A DNA stretch of 64,000 nucleotides, taken from Hyalangium minutum (GTDB lineage Bacteria > Myxococcota > Myxococcia > Myxococcales > Myxococcaceae). Of the stretch, positions 9,331 through 18,400 are shown in pieces. How positions within the stretch are numbered: position 1 is the stretch's first letter; each line of letters begins with the position of its first letter. The DNA is taken from assembly GCF_000737315.1 (NCBI RefSeq), contig NZ_JMCB01000010.1, positions 248,001-312,000 on the forward strand. The letters are read 5' to 3'. Under the pieces are notes generated by a model. That model was not told the DNA's origin and ran no database searches. It saw only the letters and a list, made by a program, of their open reading frames with translations. The position numbers and the translations under genes are program-made.

Positions 9331-10719
9331 TCACCCTCCCGTGGGGCTGCTTCCTTTGTAATAAAACCAATGACTATTCGAGCCGGTTCCGCCACAGCCA
9401 GTGTCGTAAATGAATTCCATTCTTATTACCTTATCTCCCGACGGGGCGAATGGATTGAATCTCATTATGGCTGTCTTCCCATTGTCAACTGTAAAAAACC
9501 ACAGAATTTCTGAATTTTGCCCCGTGGGTTCATTCAAACTCCAGTATCCACTTATCCCAGCTTTTGTTACAGAGGGCCTGACCTCCAGACCGTTTGTGCT
9601 ATATGTCCAGCCATAGAAATCGGTTACAGTAACCAACTCCACGGTCCTGAAGGTGCTTGCGTTGGTTTCGAATGTAAGCGTGCCATAAGGCCGAGATAGC
9701 CCATTTGAGCCAGCTCTTATCGTTCTTGTTACAGCTGCATTCCCACACGCCCCGGTGACGAGTGCGGTCAACGCGACGTCTCCATATCCGTTACCTTTGG
9801 TGACGCTTCCAGTGTTGTCTGCATTCGAAATGGCTGCCGCCAAATTTTGGTTGTTGGTGCTCCAAGTCACGGATGTACCGCACGACAGGCCTGCCACGCT
9901 GTAGGTGTACGGGCTTGTCGTGCACAGGTTTGAAGGCCCGTTGATAAACATGCTCGGGTAGCCCGAGTTTGTTACATCTGTTCGATAGGGACCATAGACG
10001 GCATTGTTCGTATTCACAGTAGCGGAGACATCGCTCTGGGCGACGCCGCAAACAGGCGTCAGGTCGATTGCCGCCGCGATTGTCGTAATGACGGCTGGTG
10101 CCGGGCTCCCATTATAAAGCCAGCCATTATTCGCAGAGCCCAAGTCCCAGACATAGGACACGACCCCTGCAATATTGCCCGGATTGGAAACCGAAAATCT
10201 CTGCGCCGCCGTTGTTCCGCACACCAAACTGAGCGACGCTGGCGTCATCACAAATTGTGACGCAGCCTTAACCTCGAAGGCCTGACCAGCACTTGCATAA
10301 CCAGACGGATAAGCCGACGACGTAAGGACTGCATAGAACTCTCCAGTCGCCCCAGCGGAGGAAAACGACGACGCACCGATATTCATGCTGGCTGAGACAT
10401 ACATACGGGTGCCATCTATCCCGAAGTCACATGAACCACCATATATCTGCGCAACATTGACGGGCGAGGATGCAGTAGAAATCCGATAATAAATCGCAAC
10501 CCAACAGAAATCCCCCAACAAGAAGTCCTTACCCTTGGTAATCTCAACACCGACACTTAACGTTCCGCCTGTGCCTTGTGGAATTTGAATCGTAGAGCCA
10601 GATGCCACATTCTGCTGATTCCACTGGACGTTCTGGAGTTTGACGGTAGGTGCTTGTGCTCGGCCTTCTGCTGTAACCAACAAGGCCAGAGCAAGTGAGA
10701 AGAAATAAAACCTTTTCAT
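9331..10719 (-). CDS. Secreted low-GC protein, Bacteroidetes-like, with PKD/Ig-like modules
   Basis: MKRFYFFSLALALL..AQ signal; INGPSNLC..YTYSV..GTSVTWS module; markedly AT-richer codon usage than the flanks. Confidence 0.75.
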   Translation of the reverse strand: MKRFYFFSLALALLVTAEGRAQAPTVKLQNVQWNQQNVASGSTIQIPQGTGGTLSVGVEITKGKDFLLGDFCWVAIYYRISTASSPVNVAQIYGGSCDFGIDGTRMYVSASMNIGASSFSSAGATGEFYAVLTSSAYPSGYASAGQAFEVKAASQFVMTPASLSLVCGTTAAQRFSVSNPGNIAGVVSYVWDLGSANNGWLYNGSPAPAVITTIAAAIDLTPVCGVAQSDVSATVNTNNAVYGPYRTDVTNSGYPSMFINGPSNLCTTSPYTYSVAGLSCGTSVTWSTNNQNLAAAISNADNTGSVTKGNGYGDVALTALVTGACGNAAVTRTIRAGSNGLSRPYGTLTFETNASTFRTVELVTVTDFYGWTYSTNGLEVRPSVTKAGISGYWSLNEPTGQNSEILWFFTVDNGKTAIMRFNPFAPSGDKVIRMEFIYDTGCGGTGSNSHWFYYKGSSPTGG

Positions 10720-10973
10720 TGTCTATCCATTCCTAGGTTTCTCCTGTGATTTCCTTGCAGCAGACATACACACATACCCGAAATACCAAGTTGAGGGAAG
10801 GCGCCTTAGGCAGCATTAACCGCTGACATGCTGGACTAAACACAATGCAGTCCAAGTAAGGTGCCGCACGGCGTCGTTGGACGAAACGTCGCACGGTTAC
10901 TGGACCGGCCCTCAACGAAGCGCGCGGTGAGCGGTAAAGCCGAGATCTAGCCCGGGACTCGGTTGACGCAATG

Positions 10974-11065
10974 GTCGCGGTAGGGACGGCCCTCAACGGG
11001 CCGCCCCGCGCACAGATCCCAGCGAGCGCTGCTAACGCACTGGGCTCTTGCATTGGGTGGAGACG
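10974..11065 (-). mobile_element. Second group II intron 3' remnant (domain V + short domain VI), different lineage
   Basis: Minus strand GAGCCCAGTGCGTTAGCAGCGCTCGCTGGGATC (D5) followed by TGTGCGCGGGGCGGCCC-GTTGA-GGGCCGTCCCT-A-CCGCGAC (D6 with bulged A, AC end). Confidence 0.8.
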
Positions 11066-11202
11066 ATTCTCAAGAAGCGCGGCGAAACGATCGCGGCGGC
11101 CGCGATCGCAACCTACATGGAGCGCGGGCTCTGCTGATCAAGAAGCCAGGAAAGCGCCCGCGCTTGCGAGTTCTGGGGGCCTACAGGCCCCGAGCCCCTG
11201 CG

Positions 11203-11260
11203 GCGTCGAGAAGCCCCTGTTTTGCCTTCACTTCTTCGCAAAACAGGGGCTTCTCGACGC
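11203..11260. repeat. Perfect 23-bp inverted repeat with 12-nt spacer
   Basis: GCGTCGAGAAGCCCCTGTTTTGC (11203-11225) / GCAAAACAGGGGCTTCTCGACGC (11238-11260). Confidence 0.9.
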
Positions 11261-11476
11261 GCTCATTCTCAGCCCGCTCCTGCCAGGCGCGGGTCACCCT
11301 GGGGTTGTGGCGCCCGCAGCCCGAAGCTCGCCGACCGACCGATTGGGCTGGATTCTGATCCAAACCCGAGGGGGCGATCCCGCGGTTGCCCGCAGTCGCC
11401 GCGATCGGAATCCCACGTTCCTCAACGATCGTTTCCATGCCCTCCCCTCCTGCGAGGACAGCCTGGGCAGGCGTGT

Positions 11477-11604
11477 GCCCAAAGGGGGCTGCACCACCTC
11501 TGCACCGGCCTGGGGCACTGCCCAGCTGCCTCCCCTCTCCGGCTCTCCTCCGCCCCTCTGTTCCCCCCCTCCCCCTCAACCCGCCTCCGATTCGTCCTAC
11601 GCGC
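11477..11604 (+). repeat. Dispersed repeat copy 2 (IS91/ISCR-type right end, ori-like)
   Basis: Direct repeat of 7358-7474, 4130 bp downstream; preceded by CTGGGCAGGCGTGTG (11463-11477), which is identical to 22482-22496 in the IS91 remnant. Confidence 0.75.
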
Positions 11605-11613
11605 GGTGCGAGA

Positions 11614-11916
11614 TTACTTGCCGCCAGCTTTTTGGAACTGTTCGAGGGCATCGGGCGTGCGCGGATAGTTGGGGCTCAGCGCCGAGTGGCAGCTCTTGCA
11701 GTCCTTGATGCTTGGAACCTTGTTCTTGGTCGTGGCCAGGAACTTCTTCATGCTCTTCTTGGCTTCGTCCTGTCCGCCCTTCGTGCAGGCATCCTTGATC
11801 AGCGTGGTCTTGAATTCCCGGGTCACACAGGGGACGCCAGCCAGGGCTATCCCTGGCACCGCGATCAGGAACAGGCTGCAGGCAGCGGCAAGCGCGGGAA
11901 ATGCAGGCTTCTTCAT
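11614..11916 (-). CDS. Small secreted protein with a single CxxCH (putative mono-heme c-type cytochrome)
   Basis: Signal peptide ..GIALA, CKSCH motif, two further Cys; GGAG RBS before ATG 11916. Confidence 0.7.
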   Translation of the reverse strand: MKKPAFPALAAACSLFLIAVPGIALAGVPCVTREFKTTLIKDACTKGGQDEAKKSMKKFLATTKNKVPSIKDCKSCHSALSPNYPRTPDALEQFQKAGGK

Positions 11917-12155
11917 GTCGTTGCTCTCCATGGTCTCAAACAGGGGCCGTGGGGTGATTCAGGAACCCTGCATCCGTCGCGGGTGTGCAAAAGGAATGCC
12001 TCACGTCCACCGCCTGCGCATCCCTGCCGCAGTGCTTGGCCCTCGGGTGAACGGGGATCTCGAGGCTGTGCAGCCGAGGGGGCGCTGACATGTCAGGAGG
12101 AACCGGCTGACAGGTCGGCTGACAGGGCTCTGATGCATCCCGCCCGGGAAGGGGA

Positions 12156-12560
12156 CTACTTCAGGGAGCAGCGCGCCTCGACCACTCCGCGTCCCTCAGG
12201 AAGGTGTACATGCCTGCCGGTGTGATGGCCCGGTCGGTGTGGAGTACCAAGGACTCGAGCCGACTGACGGGCTCGCAGCGCGGGCAGTAGTACTCCGCGC
12301 TCGGGGGGGTGAAGTTGAGCCGCGCCATCTGCCCCCTGCCCTCCAGCGTGGCCCGCACCGTCTTGGTGCCCGGCCCCTCCTCGCTGATCTGCTTGGGGTA
12401 CAGCCTCTCCCGTGCTCCAGAGGAGGAATTGAGGCGAGAGGATGACACGATGCTCCTTCTCGCTGCTCACGGTGAACTGGAGCGACAGCGCCCCGCCTGT
12501 CTTCTTCGCCCACTGGAACCACTTCGGGTCGGCTTCGAAGGAGAGCTCCGCTCCCCGCCA
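12156..12560 (-). pseudogene. Frameshifted coding remnant of unknown function
   Basis: Protein-like stretches in two minus frames (FEADPKWFQWAKKTGG..; RERLYPKQISEEGPGTKTVRATLEG..CPRCEP); no clean start. Confidence 0.3.
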
Positions 12561-12679
12561 GCTCTCCAGGGTGAAGGTGGGCGGCTGCGAGGAGTGTGGT
12601 GCGCCGGCCGCCCCGGAGGCTTCCGGGTCCTTCGACAGCTGGCCCAAGGGCCTCACTCCCGCATGTTCCTCGCGGAGAA

Positions 12680-12795
12680 GGACCGTTGACGAGACGAGCG
12701 ATCTGTATGCGCTGGGTGCCACGCTCATCCACCTGCTGTCCCGCAAGGCCCCCGATGAGCTGCTCCGCCCGGGGATGGAGATCGCCGTTGGGCTA
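12680..12795 (+). pseudogene. Ser/Thr protein kinase internal fragment
   Basis: TVDETSDLYALGATLIHLLSRKAP matches kinase subdomain IX (SDLYALG); no upstream catalytic motifs. Confidence 0.6.
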
Positions 12796-12803
12796 ATCAG
12801 GCC

Positions 12804-15032
12804 TCACCGCACGCGGAACAAGGTGTCAGCCCAGAGGATGTGCCAGGCCCCGTCCAGCCACTGGGCCCGCCCCTCGACGAACCCCAGGTCCTGCAGCGGT
12901 TCGGTACCTCGGCTCACGAGCAGGCGCGTCTTGCCATCCATGACGTTCCGGACGGCCACCTGTCCCCCGGGACCGAGCGCCTCCACGGTGCTCGCCACGC
13001 TCCAGTCGGTGATCTTTCGCGTCTCGCCCGCCGGGCTGCGCAGCCACACCTGCGTCTGCCCGCCCGAGGCCAGATCCGTGTACGCCACCCAGCCGGAGTT
13101 CACCGCGTAGTCGCGCCCCGGACTCACGTCCCACATGGGGCGCGGCTGCGTCAGGAGAATCTCCTGCGTCCCGGTGTGGAGGGCGACCGTCCCCGTCTGA
13201 ACGCTGCAGCAGGGAGCCGTCTTGCGGTACACCACGAGCGTCCCATCCGTGACCGGATACGTGTTCCACACGGTGCTGTCCGGGTCGTTCGTCAGGCGCC
13301 GCGTCACGCCGTCCTGATACGTCAGGATGTCGTATTCCTTATCCCAGAACGCGACGAAGCCCTGCTCTGTCACGTCCTGCTCGGTGTTGCCTGGGACCGC
13401 CACACGCACGGCCGTCCCCGTGCTCAGGCGCCGCAGCATCAGGTCGGACTCCGGGTAGGTGGTCCAGAGGGCGAAGTCGCCCCGGGCCTTGACCCATACA
13501 GGGATCCGGCCCGGATCCAAGGCAGTCAGCGCATCGGGCGTTGCCTCGTACAGCGCACGATCCAATGAGGTGCCACCCACCGGCTGCGCGACAAACACCG
13601 CTCCGGTGGAGGCCAGCTGGGCTCCACTGATCAAGCTCCCCGCGGAAGTCAGAAGCGGGCTCACCTGCCCCGACGCCCGCTGGAGGATCCCCAGCCCCTT
13701 GGGTTGGGCCGAGGGTCCGTCCCCGGTGGCGAAGAGGAGGCGGGAGGCATCCGCCGCCAAGAGCTGCCCGGGTACCTTCGCCACAGGCTCCAACGCGGGG
13801 CTTGCCACGAAGACGGTGAAGGCCCGAGAGGTGAGCTGGCCCAGCGAGTCCTCCGCGCTCACGGTCAACTTCACCTTGCGCCCCGCGAAGGCCGCGAGCT
13901 CCAAGGTCGTGTCGAGCGTGCCGGTGCCGGCCGCCTGAAGAGACTCCACACGGGCCACGAGCGAGCACACCCCCGCGTCATCCTGGCACGAGGCCCGGAC
14001 GCGCAACGTGGAGGCGACGGCCACCTGCCACGTGGCGGGCTCGGCCACCTCCAGCGCGGGAGCTCGATCGACCACGAAGATCCCCGGGACGACGAGCGCG
14101 TTCCCCCGCGCATCCGTCACGGAGAGCTCCAGCGGATACTGCCCCCGGTCCAACGAGTGCAGGTCCAGGGAGCCCTGGTAACCATCCCTCTTGGAGTTGA
14201 TGGTGAGCGGTGCCTCGATGCCCGTCCCCGGGACACGCGCGCTCACCTGCACCTCATAGGTCGACGCCACGGAGGCCAAGACCGTGCTGCTGTCTCCCGC
14301 GGGAACTTCCATGCACGTCCACGTCCGGGAAAACACGCCACACCCCGGCTGCCGGATTGCCGCGCGGATCACAGAGGTTGCCGGAGGCGCCACGGTCAGG
14401 GTCACGGTCGCCGAACGGCTCGGGTCCGCCACGGCCATGGCCTCCAGGACCACGGTGCCGGTAAACGTGGCATCCGCTTGGAACGACGCGGAGCGCCCGT
14501 CTACCTGATGGAGCTGCCCTGGACCTTGAATGACCCTCCAGGTGACACGCCGCTCATTCAGGCCGGCCCCATCAACCAACGCGGCCATGGCGGTGGTTTC
14601 CCCTGGGCTCAGCGTGGTGGGAATGGCCGTGATCACCACCCCCGCGACCGTGCCGAAGGCGATGGTCAGCAGGACGGTGGCCGACTGGGCGGGATCAGAC
14701 CGGGAGGTGGCGCGGATGAGCGCCTCCGGCGCGTCCGGGGCCGCAGGCGCCCGGTAGATGACTTCGGCCCCATCATCGCTGGAGAGCGATCCTCCCCCCT
14801 GCTCGATGCTCCACGTCACCGCCGGGTCAATGCTCCCGGTCCCTTGGACCGTGGCCACGAGACGCACCGTACCGTCTGGGGCGATTCGCGGGGCGTCAGC
14901 CGTCACGCTCACACCGGTCACCGTGGGCGCACCGGAGCCTCCTCCAGACGGACACGCTGTCCCCAGCACGGCGGCGAGAACCAGGGCTGGAAAACGCCAG
15001 AGGCGAGGCGAACCGCGGAGGCCAGAGTGCAT
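12804..15032 (-). CDS. Lipoprotein with tandem Ig-like (Big-like) domains and a C-terminal repeat/beta-propeller-like region
   Basis: Lipobox LGTAC; repeats V.GV.V.A......G.T..L.A.V.G.G.....VTW; RBS AAGGAG before ATG 15032. Confidence 0.75.
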   Translation of the reverse strand: MHSGLRGSPRLWRFPALVLAAVLGTACPSGGGSGAPTVTGVSVTADAPRIAPDGTVRLVATVQGTGSIDPAVTWSIEQGGGSLSSDDGAEVIYRAPAAPDAPEALIRATSRSDPAQSATVLLTIAFGTVAGVVITAIPTTLSPGETTAMAALVDGAGLNERRVTWRVIQGPGQLHQVDGRSASFQADATFTGTVVLEAMAVADPSRSATVTLTVAPPATSVIRAAIRQPGCGVFSRTWTCMEVPAGDSSTVLASVASTYEVQVSARVPGTGIEAPLTINSKRDGYQGSLDLHSLDRGQYPLELSVTDARGNALVVPGIFVVDRAPALEVAEPATWQVAVASTLRVRASCQDDAGVCSLVARVESLQAAGTGTLDTTLELAAFAGRKVKLTVSAEDSLGQLTSRAFTVFVASPALEPVAKVPGQLLAADASRLLFATGDGPSAQPKGLGILQRASGQVSPLLTSAGSLISGAQLASTGAVFVAQPVGGTSLDRALYEATPDALTALDPGRIPVWVKARGDFALWTTYPESDLMLRRLSTGTAVRVAVPGNTEQDVTEQGFVAFWDKEYDILTYQDGVTRRLTNDPDSTVWNTYPVTDGTLVVYRKTAPCCSVQTGTVALHTGTQEILLTQPRPMWDVSPGRDYAVNSGWVAYTDLASGGQTQVWLRSPAGETRKITDWSVASTVEALGPGGQVAVRNVMDGKTRLLVSRGTEPLQDLGFVEGRAQWLDGAWHILWADTLFRVR

Positions 15033-15234
15033 GTGTCTCTCCTTGTTGTGAATCCCAGCGAGGGGGTGCTGCCCGGCCCTGCAGCGGATCCTCATCCTGG
15101 CATGGACGCGGCGTGGAACTCCTGTCCAGAAGGGTACCCGCGTCTCGGAGAGTGAGCTTTCGCATCCGCCCGTAAGGACATCAACCGGAACGAACGGCTA
15201 TAAGCTGTGGAAGACGGGGCTCTGCCTGCTGCTG

Positions 15235-15335
15235 TGGGGGCTCTCGCGCCGCCGCATCCGCACCGGGGCGTAAAGCCGTACTTCGGCCGAGTAGTTGCGG
15301 CTCCCTCAAGCGGGGAAGGAGCCGGGGCTAGGTGA
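15235..15335 (+). pseudogene. Short degenerate IS91-family transposase fragment
   Basis: GCTCCCTCAAGCGGGG..GGAGCCGGGGCT shared with 22120-22150 inside the IS91 remnant. Confidence 0.4.
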
Positions 15336-15439
15336 AACGGCCCTGGGCGGCAACGGGCGCGGTGCACTCCTACCCGCAGTTTCCGGAGATGTCCGCGGAG
15401 GACCTTTCAAACGGAGGTTCCCCGCGCCCAAAATGAGTC

Positions 15440-18400
15440 ATGCGACAAACTCTCGCGTGGATGGCAGTGGTAGCTCTGTGCTGTGCAACTGGAGCGGCGG
15501 CGGGTGAGGAGCCAGTGGACGCCCGGCTGCAGGAGGCGCAGAAGGTCTATGACGAGGCGATGACGCTCTACAAGGCGGGCAAGTACCCCGAGGCCGTGGC
15601 GCAGGGCGAACGTGCGCTCGCGCTGCGGGAGGCTGCGCTCGGGGGCAAACATCCCGGCGTCGCTGACTGTCTGGCCTTGCTCGGCATCATTCACTGGACT
15701 CAGGGCGACTTTGTCCAGGCCGAGCCGCTGATCCAGCGTGGGCTCGAGATTCGGGAAGAAGTCCTCGGCAAGAATCATCCCGACGTCGCCTCATCGCTCA
15801 ACAACCTGGCCAACCTCTACATGCAGAAAGGATTGCTGGACCAAGCCGCATCGCTCCACGAGCGTGCACTGACCATTCGGGAAACGGCCCTGGGCAAGAA
15901 CCATCCCAGCGTCGCCGGCTCGCTCAACAACCTCTCCAACGTCTATCGGGCCCAGGGGTTGTTCGACCGGGCCGAGCCGCTCATCCGGCGCTCGCTCGCC
16001 ATCAAGGAGGCGAGCCTTGGCAAGAACCATCCCGACGTCGCCTCATCGCTCAACAACCTGGCCAACCTCTACCTGCAGCAAGGTTTGTATGCCCAGGCCG
16101 AGCCGCTCTACCAGCGCGCGCTCGCCATCCGGGAAGTCGCCCACGGCAAGGACCATCCCGAGGTCGCCTCCGCGCTCAACAACCTGGCCAACCTCTACGT
16201 CAAGCGAGGGCTGTATGACCGGGCCGAGCCGCTCTACCTGCGCGCGCTCACCCTCTATGAGGTGGCCTTCGACAAGCACCATCCCTACGTCGCCCAGACG
16301 CTCCTCTACCTCGCCACCCTCTATTCGGACCGGGGGTTGTACGGCCGGGCCGAGCCGCTCTACCTGCGCGCGATCGCCATCAATGAAGCGGCCCTGGGCA
16401 AGAGCCACTCCACCGTCGCCAACTCGATTCATAACCTCGCAAACCTCTACCAGCACCAGGGGTTGTACGACCGGGCCGAGCCGCTCTACCTGCGCGCGAT
16501 CGCCATCGAGGAAGAGCTCCGTGGCAAGGACCACCCCACCGTCGCCATCTATCTCACCAGTCTCTCCAGCCTCTACCAGGACCAGGGGTTGTATGACCGG
16601 GTCGAGCCGCTCCAACAGCGCGCGCTCGCCATCAAGGAGGCGAGCTTTGGCAAGGACCATCCCGAGTTCGCCACCTCGCTCGCCAACCTCGCCGACGTCT
16701 ATAGAGCCCAGAGGTTGTACGACCGGGCCGAGCCGCTCTACCTGCGCGCGCTCGCCATCCGCGAAGCCGTCTTCGGCAAGCAGCATCCTTTCGTCGCCGA
16801 CGTGCTCCACCCGCTCGCCAACCTCTACCAGGAGCAGGGCTTGCTCGGCCGAGCCGAGCCGCTCCACCAACGCGCGCTCGCCCTCCGGGAATCGATCCTC
16901 GGCAAGAAACATCCCGACGTCGCCACCTCCCTCAACGATCTCGCCCTGCTCCGGCTGGCCCAGGATCGCCTCGGCGTGGCCGTTCCGCTCTTCACTCGCG
17001 CCTTCGCCGTGTCCGAGCAGCGCCTGCGCCATGAGGCGCTCGACTTCTCCGAGGCACGCCTGGCCACCTTTCTCCAGCATCTGCGCGCCGACGAGGAACG
17101 AATCTATGCGCTGCTGCGCGCGCATCCAGACAACGCCAGCGTCAGGCGCCTGGCGCTGAGCGCCGCGCTGCTGCTCAAGGGCCGCTCCGTCGAGGAGACG
17201 GCCGGTATCTCCCGGGCTGTCTACCGGAGCCTGGGCTCCGAGGATCGCGACACCTTCGAGCGGCTGCGCGGGCTGCGCACCCAACGGGCCATGCTCGCGC
17301 TAAAAGGTCCTGGCCAGGGCCCCCCCACTGTCTACGCACAGCTCAAGGAGCTCGCCGAGCAGGGTGATGCCCTCGAAGCCGACCTCGCCAGGCGCTCCGC
17401 TCCCCTGCGAGCACTGACCGCGCTGCCCGCTCCCGCGAAGGTCATGGACGATGTCGCCCGTGCCCTTCCCAAGGACGGGGCCCTCATCGAGCTCATCAGC
17501 TACCTGGACCAGCCGCTCGTGCCCAATCCCGGCACGCCCGAGGCTCAGCAGCCCCGCCAGCAGCGCTACCTGGCGCTGGCTCTCTTTCCTGACGCGACCC
17601 TTCGCGCGCTCGACCTGGGCCCCGCCGAGCCCATCGACTCGGCCGCCTCGAGCCTGCGAGATGCCCTGGCCAACCGGGACATCACCTTCCAGGCCAAGGC
17701 CCAGGCGCTCTACCAGCTCGCCTTCCAACCGCTCCTTCCACTGCTGGGGAGGACCCGCCGCCTCTTCCTCTCTCCGGACGGCCAGCTGGCCCTGGTGCCC
17801 TTCGCGGCCCTGCACGACGGGAAGCAATTCCTCGTGGAGTCCTTCGACTTCACCTACCTCACCTCTGGCAAGGACCTGTTGCCACGCTCGCAGGAGACGC
17901 CCCCCGCAACCTCCGTGGTCGTCCTCGCCGACCCGGCCTTCGGCGCCCCGGCGCAAGGCCCTGCTTACGCCACGGCGGAGGCCTTGGCGCCAGCCGAGCG
18001 CTCCGCTTCCCTGGAGCGCTTCTTCTCCACGCCGCGTGAGGACCTGGTGCACCGCGCCTGGAATGTCGTGCCGCTGCCAGGCACGCGACAGGAGGCCGAG
18101 GCCATCCAGCACCTGCTGCCCCAGGCCCAGCTCTTCCTGGGCCCTGAGGCCACCAAGGAGCGACTGATGAGCCTGCCTTCCCCCGGCATCCTCCACCTGG
18201 CCACCCACGGCTTCTTCCTCCAGGATGCCCCCGTTGTTCCCGGCACCCGCGCCGTCGTCCACTTCGGTGCGATGGGCGAGGACTCTGCCGCCTCACGCCC
18301 TCCGGATCCCCTGCTGCGCTCGGGACTGATACTGGCGGGGGCGCGCCCCTCTACCCCTGGCGCCTCGAGTTCCCCCCAGCCGCCTCCCGAGAACGCGCTG

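Noticed and set aside
8995-9370. ORFs 8995-9279 and 9128-9370 as real genes
   Set aside because: They are translations across intron D5/D6 RNA and a maturase tail fragment; no independent start or function.
8400-11700. Integron cassette array hypothesis for the intron-flanked foreign gene
   Set aside because: No convincing RYYYAAC...GTTRRRY attC sites and no integrase in the window.
15700-16950. 126-bp periodic DNA repeats considered as a CRISPR array or tandem element
   Set aside because: They are the coding TPR repeats of the CHAT protein (in frame, 42 aa); no invariant repeat or unique spacer structure and no cas genes.
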